Positions 1 through 9,543 of a stretch of 64,000 nucleotides of DNA are shown here, piece after piece (the stretch's first letter is position 1; the number at the start of each line of letters is the position of its first letter). The notes under the pieces were generated by a model that was given only the letters and a program-made list of their open reading frames with translations, was not told the DNA's origin and ran no database searches. Position numbers and translations under genes: made by a program. Location of the stretch: IMG/VR virus record IMGVR_UViG_3300028048_003161; one strand, 5' to 3'. The stretch is from a virus. Its lineage: Duplodnaviria; Caudoviricetes.

Positions 1-1
1 G

Positions 2-100
2 AAAAGAAAAGCATTAAAAGAAGAAATGAGAATTGCTAAAGAAAGGGAAGAGCGTATAAATAGAGCAAGGATCAGGAAAGAAAAACAATTGGACAGTTAA
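2..100 (+). CDS. 3' end of a basic, charged hypothetical protein (partial)
   Basis: Frame 2 is open from the window edge (KRKALKEEMRIAKEREER...) to TAA at 98-100. Confidence 0.5.
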   Translation, partial: KRKALKEEMRIAKEREERINRARIRKEKQLDS

Positions 101-179
101 AAGAAAGGGAAAGACAATGAGTTAAGTAGTAGGTTACAAAGTTTATTTTGATGGAAAACAGTTTAAAAATGAAGATACA

Positions 180-446
180 ATGAGTGAAGTACAGTCATTA
201 CCTGTAGACAGTACAGATATTTGGATGGATACAGTTGGACATGCTAGAGAAGCACTTGATAAGTACAATAAGCATATAGGGGAGATTAAGGTATGCAAGG
301 ATTGTGGTAGGTACTTCATTCAGTCACAAGATGAGGTTGATTGGTTTATTGAGAGAGACATGAAACCTCCTGTAAGATGCATTACTTGTAGGAAAAAGAG
401 AAAGAACGAGAAGAAGCAGGACAGTAGAAAGGAAAAGAAAGCATGA
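180..446 (+). CDS. zinc-ribbon protein (zf-trcl-like)
   Basis: CKDCGRYF...EVDWF...PVRCITCRKKRK is the CxxCG.xF...P.RCxxCR pattern; an in-frame ATG at 117 is cut off by TAA at 123. Confidence 0.75.
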   Translation: MSEVQSLPVDSTDIWMDTVGHAREALDKYNKHIGEIKVCKDCGRYFIQSQDEVDWFIERDMKPPVRCITCRKKRKNEKKQDSRKEKKA

Positions 447-946
447 TTGAAATATCAGCAAGCAGTGAGGTAATGGAGCAGCTCATCAATGATGAAAAGA
501 AAGACATTGAGAATGTAAGCAGGGCAGAATCAATTAAAAAGGTACAGCAGTTCATCTCAGATAAGCAGGAAACTAGTTTAGATGATGAAAAGATCAATGC
601 AGTGAATAAAAGATATAGCATCATATCAGTAATCGCCTTGGCAACTCTAATTACAATGGTCTTGGCAAGTATAATTGCACTGTTTGCAGTAGGAATATTG
701 TGGATACATGTCTTGGCTGTAGGCTTGGAATATGAGATTGGTTGTTTAGTCATCTTGTCTGTTTATTATACCTTGTGTGTTTCAAAAGACAGAAAACAAA
801 TCAAAGATGCTTACGAGAAAACAAATAAAGCAGTCAGTTTTGAGATGATTGATAGGGCAGATGAAGTGATGAGAGCACTGGTTGAAGGTAAGGCATACAC
901 AATTAAAGATGCTGAAGCAGTGGTATCATCAGTTAAGAAAAAGTAA
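443..946 (+). CDS. hypothetical membrane protein
   Basis: ATGA-coupled to the upstream gene; long central hydrophobic segment. Confidence 0.75.
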   Translation: MIEISASSEVMEQLINDEKKDIENVSRAESIKKVQQFISDKQETSLDDEKINAVNKRYSIISVIALATLITMVLASIIALFAVGILWIHVLAVGLEYEIGCLVILSVYYTLCVSKDRKQIKDAYEKTNKAVSFEMIDRADEVMRALVEGKAYTIKDAEAVVSSVKKK

Positions 947-969
947 GTATGATGGAGGACAGTTGAAAT

Positions 970-1734
970 ATGGAAAACAGCACTAAGAATTTTTACTTGG
1001 TACATCTCAATGTTGTTTATGATGGCATTGCTGGTGGATACAATGTCATTGGAGAGATTGACAGCAACAGTGTGGTAGACAGAGAGACAATAATTGAAAA
1101 CCTGGTAAGCAACAGTAGACTTGAGGACATGGATGATGTTGAGTGCATTGAGAGTGTAATGTTAATCAGTGAAAAAGATTATTCAAACTTGGTACAAATG
1201 TATGGGCATGTATGGTTTGGACCTTGTGGTAATGTATCAGGCACTGATTTGGTTTGTAAGAAAGAAGTTGAGACAGTATACAGAGACAAAGCAGGCATTG
1301 ATCTTGTAGAAATTAGCCTTAATGCAACAGCTCCTTACAGTGGAAATGAGTATTATGAGCATTATTGGATTAAGAAAGAGTCTTATGAAAAGATTAAGGA
1401 GGACTTACCTTCAGAGGAAAGTATCCCTGAATTAGATGGCAAACACAGTGAAGTTTCTGGAGATATCATTACTGAAGAGTATGGATACAATACAGATGAA
1501 GAATATGCAAAGGCAGGAAAAATCAGTACATTTGACAGTGATGATGAAATCCTGAAAAGATTATTGTCAGACTTATACAGTGAGGCAGGGTTAGATTTTG
1601 ACAGTGAGCAGGACGAAATCAATGAGTACTTCAATAATTTGGACTGTTACGTTGACTTAAATATTAAGGTGCCAGAGAGTTTAGTATCCGACATTGAGGA
1701 ATTAGTCAATAAATACATTCAGGAAAATAAGTAG
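970..1734 (+). CDS. hypothetical acidic protein
   Basis: 254 aa ORF with GGAGG RBS. Confidence 0.8.
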   Translation: MENSTKNFYLVHLNVVYDGIAGGYNVIGEIDSNSVVDRETIIENLVSNSRLEDMDDVECIESVMLISEKDYSNLVQMYGHVWFGPCGNVSGTDLVCKKEVETVYRDKAGIDLVEISLNATAPYSGNEYYEHYWIKKESYEKIKEDLPSEESIPELDGKHSEVSGDIITEEYGYNTDEEYAKAGKISTFDSDDEILKRLLSDLYSEAGLDFDSEQDEINEYFNNLDCYVDLNIKVPESLVSDIEELVNKYIQENK

Positions 1735-1752
1735 ACAGTTGGAGGTATAAAT

Positions 1753-1845
1753 ATGTATGCATTATTTGAGAGTGTTTTAGGACTTGTAATCTGTTGTGTG
1801 GCGTACAGTGGTGTAAAAAGTGTACATAAAAGAAATAAACAGTGA
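1753..1845 (+). CDS. small membrane peptide (30 aa)
   Basis: GGAGG RBS at 1741; MYALFESVLGLVICCVAYSGVKSVHKRNKQ. Confidence 0.5.
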   Translation: MYALFESVLGLVICCVAYSGVKSVHKRNKQ

Positions 1846-1869
1846 TGCATAAGAGAAAGGGTATCAAAC

Positions 1870-2013
1870 ATGGCAGCATTTTGGTTTATACTTGCAGTTA
1901 TTATAGTAGCATTTTTGATTTTCATGTTTCCTCATTTTGAGGGGATTGGAGATACAATTCTTAGGTTCTTTGGACTCGACAATGATGACAAGGATCATAA
2001 GGATAAAGAGTAA
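1870..2013 (+). CDS. small membrane protein (47 aa)
   Basis: GAAAGGG RBS; MAAFWFILAVIIVAFLIFMFPHFEG..., one TM helix, directly upstream of the SPFH gene. Confidence 0.6.
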   Translation: MAAFWFILAVIIVAFLIFMFPHFEGIGDTILRFFGLDNDDKDHKDKE

Positions 2014-2048
2014 TAAAAGAAACAGGACAGTTAAAAGGAGAAAAGGAC

Positions 2049-2954
2049 ATGACAAGAGAAGAAGAAAGACTAATTAAGAAAAAGAGAATCACAGGGATTG
2101 TGACAGTAGTACTTGTGTTTCTAGTGGTAGGCATTGCAGCGGCACTTTGTACAGTGAGGGTACCTGCTGGATATGCAGCTGTTTGTTACAGTATGAATGG
2201 GGGTGTAAGTGGAAAGACATATGGCCAGGGTTGGCACTTCAAGAATCCTACAGTTAAGACAACGAATTATACAGTAGGCATTGAGCAGAGTTACTTAACA
2301 GCAAACAAAAAAGGTGATTCACCTAAGGATGAAAGTTTTTCAGCATCTTCTTCTGAAGGTAAGTCATTAACAATTGATCTTACATACACTTACAAGTTTG
2401 AGAGAAAGAATGTTTGTAAGGTATTTACAGAGTTTAAGGGTCTTAACGGTGATGATGTAAGAGATACATTTATCAAACCTAACATTGTTTCATGGTCAAA
2501 AGAAGTGATCTGTAAGTATGAGGTTTCGGACATAATTGGTTCAAAACGCGATGAGGTAAATAAGGCACTGACAAAGAATTTGGCAGCAAGATTTGAGCCT
2601 TATGGCATTTCAATTAATAATGTGTCAATGCTTGATGTTTCAGTAGACAAGAAAACAATGAAAGTAATCAATGATAAGATTGCAGCTCAGCAGGATGCAG
2701 AGACACAGGCAATTAAGAATAAGACAAACATTGATAAGGCGAAAGCAGATGCAGAAGTGAAAAGGACACAGGCTCAGGCAGATGCAGATGCAAAGGTCAT
2801 TGAGGCTAAAGCAGAGGCAGATGCTAATAAGAAGCTTAACAGCTCAATTACAGAAAACCTCATTAAAATGAAAGAGGCAGAGGCACGATACAAACATGGT
2901 TGGGTCACTGTTAAAGGGGCAGATACAGTAGTAACTGATGCAAAAGAGAAATAA
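2049..2954 (+). CDS. SPFH/band-7/prohibitin-family membrane protein
   Basis: N-terminal TM, VPAGYAAV and QGWHFKNP motifs, C-terminal AEA/AQA coiled coil ending AEADANKKLNSSIT. Confidence 0.9.
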   Translation: MTREEERLIKKKRITGIVTVVLVFLVVGIAAALCTVRVPAGYAAVCYSMNGGVSGKTYGQGWHFKNPTVKTTNYTVGIEQSYLTANKKGDSPKDESFSASSSEGKSLTIDLTYTYKFERKNVCKVFTEFKGLNGDDVRDTFIKPNIVSWSKEVICKYEVSDIIGSKRDEVNKALTKNLAARFEPYGISINNVSMLDVSVDKKTMKVINDKIAAQQDAETQAIKNKTNIDKAKADAEVKRTQAQADADAKVIEAKAEADANKKLNSSITENLIKMKEAEARYKHGWVTVKGADTVVTDAKEK

Positions 2955-2983
2955 AAAAAGAGAGTGAGCAGAGAATAAGGAGG

Positions 2984-3781
2984 ATGAGCATTATGAGAAG
3001 TAAGAGTAAGTCATTGTTAATAATGATTTTAGCAATGTGTTTAATCATTGGTTGTGCATTACCAGTGAATGTTGAGGCAGCTAGTAAGAGTAAGAAAAAC
3101 ACTTGGAAAAATGTAGACAGTATCACAACTACATTGGTAGAAAGTGATTATTCTGATCAGCAAGATGTATATAAGCTTAAAGTTACAAAGGATTATCAGG
3201 TCAGATTTAAGATCAACCTTACAGATGTGGGGGATTATCCATTAAAGTTTGTTGGTTTTGATATTTTCGATGAAAATTATCATTACAAAACATCAATGAG
3301 AATTGATGAAAAAACAGGAGTTGGATACATTTACCTTGATAAGGGTACATACTATTATACCTGTTATGCTCAAAATAATGATATTTACCTTGATTGTCAC
3401 GGAGTTACTAACATTAAGATGAAACTTGACATTGCTGTAAGAAACATTACTAAACTTCCATCTACAATAGAGGTAAGATCAAAATACAGGGATAAGAGCT
3501 ACATTGAAATTAAGTTTGGTGTGATGAGTACATATCAAAATCAGTCATTGCTTTCAGGCGATAGGACAGAGTGGCAGATTGCTACATCAAAGAATATGAA
3601 AAAGAATAAAAAGTCATACACTGTTGCAGGTAGTGCTATAGAATTTGATAGGACTGATGGCATAAAACCTAACAAAGCTTATTACTTAAGAGCAAGGTCT
3701 TATTTGAAGTTACATGATGGTTCATATGCATATGGTCCTTGGAGTAAGGTAATCAAGATTGACAAAGCAAAGAAAGCATAG
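2984..3781 (+). CDS. secreted protein with C-terminal fibronectin type III-like domain
   Basis: Signal peptide ending VEAA; C-terminal YYLRARSY...YGPWSKV is typical of clostridial Fn3 domains. Confidence 0.75.
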   Translation: MSIMRSKSKSLLIMILAMCLIIGCALPVNVEAASKSKKNTWKNVDSITTTLVESDYSDQQDVYKLKVTKDYQVRFKINLTDVGDYPLKFVGFDIFDENYHYKTSMRIDEKTGVGYIYLDKGTYYYTCYAQNNDIYLDCHGVTNIKMKLDIAVRNITKLPSTIEVRSKYRDKSYIEIKFGVMSTYQNQSLLSGDRTEWQIATSKNMKKNKKSYTVAGSAIEFDRTDGIKPNKAYYLRARSYLKLHDGSYAYGPWSKVIKIDKAKKA

Positions 3782-3791
3782 CTAAAATAGC

Positions 3792-3831
3792 AAAAGCTGT
3801 GGGGTATAGAGGATATGCCTCACAGCTTTTT
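3792..3831 (+). terminator. rho-independent terminator
   Basis: AAAAGCTGTGGGG...CCTCACAGCTTTTT hairpin plus T run. Confidence 0.8.
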
Positions 3832-3863
3832 GAGTTTATGCAGGGAAAGGAAATAGAAAAGGC

Positions 3864-4274
3864 ATGGATGGTTTAGAGAGGTTGTTCACTGCGCTTATAC
3901 TGGGTATTGCACTAATGTCTGCAAGTTTTCTTATAATAACATGTTTTCCAGACATTGGAAATAAGTTAGAGACACAGATAGCTAGCTTGAATACAGAGTT
4001 AAATGAGAAAACAGCATCAACAGAAAAAATCAAAACAGTTAAGAAAGATAATACACCTAGGGATGATGAATCATACTTCAACAGATACTTGGTATTTATA
4101 CATAAGACATTTGGTACAGGTGTTACATATGTAGATGGAGTTAAACAGAGTGATAAATTTGATGCATCAAAGGAAAAGTACAATAAGCAGTACTATTATA
4201 GTCTGGACAGTAAGTTTAATTTGCAGCTTGAAAGTAAGAGTAAATACAGGGCAGAGCATAAAGAAACAGCATAG
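3864..4274 (+). CDS. hypothetical membrane-anchored protein
   Basis: N-terminal TM, 136 aa. Confidence 0.7.
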   Translation: MDGLERLFTALILGIALMSASFLIITCFPDIGNKLETQIASLNTELNEKTASTEKIKTVKKDNTPRDDESYFNRYLVFIHKTFGTGVTYVDGVKQSDKFDASKEKYNKQYYYSLDSKFNLQLESKSKYRAEHKETA

Positions 4275-4279
4275 GAGTA

Positions 4280-4894
4280 ATGGAAATGAGTGAGAAAAGC
4301 ATTAAGAGAGAAGAGAATGACATTGAAAAAAGGGAGCATAAGATTAAAAAGAAAAAGAAGCAACTTAAAAGTATGAGAATGGACTTTGAGGAAGAAGTAA
4401 GTGACTTTGAAGAAAAAATGAATGACTTTCAGGAAGAAGTTGAATCATTTGAAAATAGAAAAAGTATCTGTCATATTTGTGGTGATACAAGGATTGATGG
4501 CGAGTGTAGTAAGTGTAATATGAGAAAACAGGCATTGCATGATATCATTGAAATTAAGAGACAACTTGGGGATGATGCATTACTTGATTTTGATAGGGCA
4601 GAGATGTCATTATATGGACTTACGTTCACAGTAGCTGGGGCAGCACTGGTAGTATTGGCTGGACTTTTATTCCAGTGCTTTTACATGATACCAGTAGTAT
4701 TGGTACTAGGGTTGTTAGTGGCTGGATACGTTCAGAGAATTGCTAGTATCAAGAGAAAATGGATTGGAGTATTTAACAAACTGGAGTTATCTGAAAAGTT
4801 TAATCTTGATGATTTTATGAACGGCACTATTGATAAGGCAGAGGAGAGACTTAAAACAGGTCAGGCAGACACCTTATTTGAAGCACTTTCATAA
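4280..4894 (+). CDS. coiled-coil, zinc-ribbon membrane protein
   Basis: N-terminal coiled coil, CHICG...CSKC, two TM segments. Confidence 0.75.
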   Translation: MEMSEKSIKREENDIEKREHKIKKKKKQLKSMRMDFEEEVSDFEEKMNDFQEEVESFENRKSICHICGDTRIDGECSKCNMRKQALHDIIEIKRQLGDDALLDFDRAEMSLYGLTFTVAGAALVVLAGLLFQCFYMIPVVLVLGLLVAGYVQRIASIKRKWIGVFNKLELSEKFNLDDFMNGTIDKAEERLKTGQADTLFEALS

Positions 4895-4918
4895 TAAAAG
4901 AAAGGGAGGGCAGTTAGG

Positions 4919-5386
4919 ATGGAAAAGTTAGTAAGGAGAAGCAATGAGATCACTAGAAAATATCAATTATACACTGCTATTTACATGGGCATAGTAAGTA
5001 TGGCATTGATAGTCATGGATTGTGTTAGTAAAGTGCATAGTATTGCAAAGTGGGCAGATATAGCAATAATGCTAATTAGCATTGTTATGTTTGTACAGGC
5101 ACTTGTACACTTCACAATAGACTACGATGTAATAAATACAGGGAACAAATTCAAAATAGCAGTACTATTTGCAGTGATACAGTTAATCGAAAATATTGCA
5201 ATCCTAGTATGCCTTGTAATTGATACAGTCACAATAGAGGGGTACACAGTATTAAGAGCATTCTTTGTGTTCTTGTGTGGTTTGATGTTTGAATGTGAAA
5301 TAGTAGAGTACATTGCATCAATAAAAGATTTACGTATGAAAAGTAAAATTGGCAAGGATATAAAAAAGAACAGCATTGGCAAGTAA
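4919..5386 (+). CDS. 4-TM hypothetical protein
   Basis: Four hydrophobic segments; shares RxYQL and FxxxQxxEN motifs with the next gene. Confidence 0.75.
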   Translation: MEKLVRRSNEITRKYQLYTAIYMGIVSMALIVMDCVSKVHSIAKWADIAIMLISIVMFVQALVHFTIDYDVINTGNKFKIAVLFAVIQLIENIAILVCLVIDTVTIEGYTVLRAFFVFLCGLMFECEIVEYIASIKDLRMKSKIGKDIKKNSIGK

Positions 5387-5822
5387 GGAGAAGAAAGTGA
5401 AAGTGGTTGAAAGACAGTATCAATTATCATCAATTATAGTAATGTTTGCATTAAGTTGTGCTATGTTAGCAGTAAGTATTGCACCTGAATTGACAAGTTT
5501 AGCAGTAAAGAATACTGTAGTAATTTTTTGTTTATGCGGTTTGATGCTATTTCAGAGATTAGCTTGCATGATTCTTGCAGAACTTAAACAGGGATTAACA
5601 GATGATCTGCAGTTGTTATTTTCAGGAATGCAGTCAGTTGAAAATCTTGTAATTACTTGTTGCATTATGATAAATATAGTACAATATGGAATGAATATGA
5701 ACAGTAGAATTATCATTTTAGCAATGTTTTCAACTTCCTTCTTGATTGAAGTGATTGGATGCACTAGATGTATCAATAGAGTCAGTGCTAAAGAAGCAAT
5801 GAACACTAGAAAATCAGTTTAG
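5376..5822 (+). CDS. 4-TM hypothetical protein, paralog of 4919..5386
   Basis: RQYQL, FSGMQSVEN, IEVIGC versus RKYQL, FAVIQLIEN, CEIVEY. Confidence 0.7.
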   Translation: MASKEKKVKVVERQYQLSSIIVMFALSCAMLAVSIAPELTSLAVKNTVVIFCLCGLMLFQRLACMILAELKQGLTDDLQLLFSGMQSVENLVITCCIMINIVQYGMNMNSRIIILAMFSTSFLIEVIGCTRCINRVSAKEAMNTRKSV

Positions 5823-5959
5823 CATAAGAGAATGAAATATGCTTATTGGATTTAGGTATAATAAGCATATTGTAATGTTTGGATATACAGTAATAGTTTG
5901 ACATATGTAATACAGACATGGGTTCAGAAAATATTTGGAAAAAATTGGGTAATTAAAGC

Positions 5960-6240
5960 ATCAGAAAAAGGGATGAGCAGTGGTGGAAAATTAGGTATGC
6001 ATTGGTGAAAAATTAGGGTTCGACAGTGATGAAAATTTTGGTAAGCAGTAGGTAAAAATTGAAAGCAGTGAAATGGCTATTTAGCAATTTCATAAAAAGT
6101 GTTGGTTAGATGATAAATGAAAGGTCAAACTAATAAGTGAAATCAGCTAAAGATAGAGTATAGATAATACATAGTAAAAAGAGGTATGCAGTGGGTATAA
6201 ATTGAGTATACAGTGACTTGTAAGACATTGGGAAAAATTA
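5960..6240 (+). repeat. degenerate ~21-24 bp phased repeat (CA[G/T]TGG..AAAATT), intergenic
   Basis: cagtggtggaaaatt, cattggtgaaaaatt, cagtgatgaaaattt, cagtaggtaaaaatt occur in succession; no ORF. Confidence 0.5.
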
Positions 6241-6369
6241 GCGTGGGCATACATAGATAGACATAGTAGTTGGTTTATCTTTTACATATAGAAAATTGGT
6301 TTAACATAATAATTAGCATAAAGAGTATTAAATAATAAATTTATTTATTTTATTTAGGAGGATTGACTT

Positions 6370-7773
6370 ATGAATGCAAGTGATTGTACATATGACAAGG
6401 AAAGAAGAACATTGATTGATGATAATGGACAGCCATTTGCGGCTTCAAACATTGAGCAGTTTAGGACATACTTAAGAATAAATCCAGCATATATGTTAGA
6501 CATATGTACAAGGACAGTTGGCATTGGGGAAACTCTAAAAAACATGATTAGCTGGGATAGCGCACAGGAGAAATTTGATGAATCAGTAGAAAAGAAAGAT
6601 TACAAGTTCATGTATACAGTGCATTTATTTTTAGAGACAATGTCAGAATACATGAGCGTAGTAAAAAATGACTCTAACATGGCTAATTTGATGTATGAGC
6701 AAGATGAAACAGGAAGTTACTTTAGAATTAAAAAGAATGCACTTGATACTATGGGACCTAACAAGTTGTTTATTTGCAACGATGGTTTAAGTAGCAGTAG
6801 GTATGACAAATATACATCAGGTAAACTTGATTCAGACCAGATGAGTGTGATGGAGATACAGTGTTGTAAAACACTATGTACATATAACATAATTAACTGT
6901 GCAAGGTATGCTCAGAGTATGACATCTAAGAGGGAGTTTAATACAGAAGTAAGAAAGTTTAAGAAAGAGTTAGAAAAAGAATTGAGCAAGCTTGATGGAG
7001 AAGATGCAGCTAAAAAGATAGAGAATGTTAGTGAAAACCTAGGAGGCGGACAGGCAATAGAAGGCAATGGGCATGAGAGTGCAGGAGTCCAGCAGGTAGA
7101 GGAAAAGAGAGTAGAGACACATAGCAATAGTGAGTATACAAAAGCAGTTATGACAGGTGGGGTACTTCAATTTGCTAGACAGACAGAGGATGGAGAGAAT
7201 AGAATCAGGGTGTTTAGTAGTGAGGACAGTTTAATTGAGACTGCTGGACATTGTAAACAATATGTTGACTTCTTAATGGGAAAAGTAAGGAGTGCAGTAG
7301 ATAAATTAGTATCTGCATATGAGGAAGTGGATTCTAACTCTGAAACAGTAGATGAAGCAGTAGATAAATTGATTGAGAATCATCCTTTTGACATAAACTC
7401 CATGTTAATGGATGTGACCAACAGTGTACAAGAGGTACTGGTCATTACTAGAGGTAGAGAGGACATATATCAGGAGTTAAAAGATCATTTCATAATGTCA
7501 AATAAGAACATTCATGGAAAATTGTCTAAGGCATTTAAGGAAAAAGCAGACTTTGAGGATGAAAATAGTTCAGACATATATTTAGGAATTGTGTCTAAAC
7601 CTGTTGATAAGTTTGATACCCTGATTGACCCTTGGCTAAGCAGGGATGAGAAGAGAGAACTTGTAGATGGAGCAGAGCAGGCAGCTAGGATGCAGACACT
7701 TGCAATAATTAGAATGTCTAACTCAATTAAGAGTGATGAGTATACACTAGATACAGTGTGCACAATCAATTAA
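6370..7773 (+). CDS. hypothetical protein, paralog family A
   Basis: AGGAGG RBS; C-terminal LIDPWLSRDEKR...LAIIRM motif shared with 9544 and 33880. Confidence 0.85.
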   Translation: MNASDCTYDKERRTLIDDNGQPFAASNIEQFRTYLRINPAYMLDICTRTVGIGETLKNMISWDSAQEKFDESVEKKDYKFMYTVHLFLETMSEYMSVVKNDSNMANLMYEQDETGSYFRIKKNALDTMGPNKLFICNDGLSSSRYDKYTSGKLDSDQMSVMEIQCCKTLCTYNIINCARYAQSMTSKREFNTEVRKFKKELEKELSKLDGEDAAKKIENVSENLGGGQAIEGNGHESAGVQQVEEKRVETHSNSEYTKAVMTGGVLQFARQTEDGENRIRVFSSEDSLIETAGHCKQYVDFLMGKVRSAVDKLVSAYEEVDSNSETVDEAVDKLIENHPFDINSMLMDVTNSVQEVLVITRGREDIYQELKDHFIMSNKNIHGKLSKAFKEKADFEDENSSDIYLGIVSKPVDKFDTLIDPWLSRDEKRELVDGAEQAARMQTLAIIRMSNSIKSDEYTLDTVCTIN

Positions 7774-7795
7774 AAATAGTTTGGAGGACAGCTGA

Positions 7796-9523
7796 ATGGA
7801 CTTTAGTATCATAGAGGCAGATGATAAATACATAGGTGGAGATAGATATGTACTTATAGACAATGATAGTATAATGGAGTTTGACACAGTAGATGAATTT
7901 GTCAGCATGGCTAGGAAAGTTAGTAGACTTAACAATATAGTGCTTGGCAATCTGAGTTTGCTAGCACATACACTTATTGAAAGATATAGGCCTAGATACA
8001 ATAAGAGTTTATCACTAAAGAGTTTATTTGTTCAGTTGAAATCAGAGGACTGTACAAGCATAGAACTGGAAAATACATTCAGAAGTTTTGCTGAACTTAA
8101 GATAATATATGATATACTTATGGGAAGATATCATAGACATATGAAAGAATTCTTCCTGCATAATAAAAATAGAAAGGTTGACACTCTTTACATAAGGGAT
8201 GCGTTGGAATATGTGAAAATTAGCACTGGTATTAAAAACTGGGCAGACAGTAATGAGGTTTATGCAAGTAGCAGAGAACTAAAAGCAATGAGTTTAATTG
8301 AGCATGCATATAATATTGAGCATATAAACAAGAAGATTGGCATTGACTTTGATGTAGTGTATCAGCATGGAATTGATACAGGCAGCATATTGGGGGATGT
8401 GCAAGTTGTACCCGGTGAAGTCATAGGATTTCCTGATGATGCTAGCAACTGGTTTGTAAGGAGTGTATCACTAGGTATTGGGGATAAACAGGTGCCGATT
8501 GGTCAAGCAGCATATAATACTGTTACACATGAAAAGGTGTTCACTTCAGACAGTGATCAACCTGGTAGCATTTATTATAAACCTTCGTATCATGGAGACT
8601 ATATAATAAGTCTTATTGGTTCTAATTTGGAACAGTTGAACTTTAAGGTTGATGGATATGTAATACATATAAAACCTATGGATATACTTAGGGATAAAGC
8701 AGGTAATACAGGGTTTTATGATGTGTTTAGCAAGGAAAGAAAGGCAAGACTTGTAAGAAATAATCATTTTGTAGGATTTGAAAGCCTTGAGGAAACATTA
8801 AATGCATTTAACAGTAATGTTGAGATCTTAGGTGCTTTTAAATTAGGTTTATTAACAAATATACACTTATTTAAGGATAAGATCATGTATATATTTAATA
8901 AGGAACAGCTGCTAAAGAAGATAGTATCATTTAATGAATTACTTGACAGTGGAGAGACAGTAGATAGCTTAAATAATAGAAGGTACAGCATACTAGAAGA
9001 CTATGTGGTACATGCAAGAGCAGTAGTAGAGGCATATCAATTATATAGTATACTTACTGATACAAAGAGAGGATTAAGAATATTAAGAGGGCTTCCTGAT
9101 AACTACATATTTTCAATGAATCCATCATTATGGGGAAATATTGAGGGCAATGTAGTAGAAGGAAACAGCAGTGGAGAAGCAAAGTTTAGTCAACTAGATT
9201 GCAGTATACACAATGGTAGAGAAATTGAAATCTCTGATATAATAATGAAGGACATACTGGATGAAAGCGAGTACATTGATTATAAAAATAGTTTAGACAA
9301 GTGGACAGCTAATAATAGAATTGGACACAATGATAAATTGAATAAGTCATATGTAATTGCAGCATATAACATTTATGTAAAATTTAAGGCTATGTATGAT
9401 AATTATTTAGCACGAGTAGGGTATTCAAGGTTACCTTTGGAAGATATAAAGACATTGGATAGTTTAAGGGTAAAAGAGTTTGGTAGATTGAACTCTCATG
9501 GAAAAGTGATGATACAAGAATAA
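7796..9523 (+). CDS. hypothetical protein, family A-related
   Basis: 575 aa; EFDTVDEF and GFESLEETL internal repeats, C-terminal IAAYNIY. Confidence 0.85.
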   Translation: MDFSIIEADDKYIGGDRYVLIDNDSIMEFDTVDEFVSMARKVSRLNNIVLGNLSLLAHTLIERYRPRYNKSLSLKSLFVQLKSEDCTSIELENTFRSFAELKIIYDILMGRYHRHMKEFFLHNKNRKVDTLYIRDALEYVKISTGIKNWADSNEVYASSRELKAMSLIEHAYNIEHINKKIGIDFDVVYQHGIDTGSILGDVQVVPGEVIGFPDDASNWFVRSVSLGIGDKQVPIGQAAYNTVTHEKVFTSDSDQPGSIYYKPSYHGDYIISLIGSNLEQLNFKVDGYVIHIKPMDILRDKAGNTGFYDVFSKERKARLVRNNHFVGFESLEETLNAFNSNVEILGAFKLGLLTNIHLFKDKIMYIFNKEQLLKKIVSFNELLDSGETVDSLNNRRYSILEDYVVHARAVVEAYQLYSILTDTKRGLRILRGLPDNYIFSMNPSLWGNIEGNVVEGNSSGEAKFSQLDCSIHNGREIEISDIIMKDILDESEYIDYKNSLDKWTANNRIGHNDKLNKSYVIAAYNIYVKFKAMYDNYLARVGYSRLPLEDIKTLDSLRVKEFGRLNSHGKVMIQE

Positions 9524-9543
9524 GATAAGGTAGGACAGTTAAA

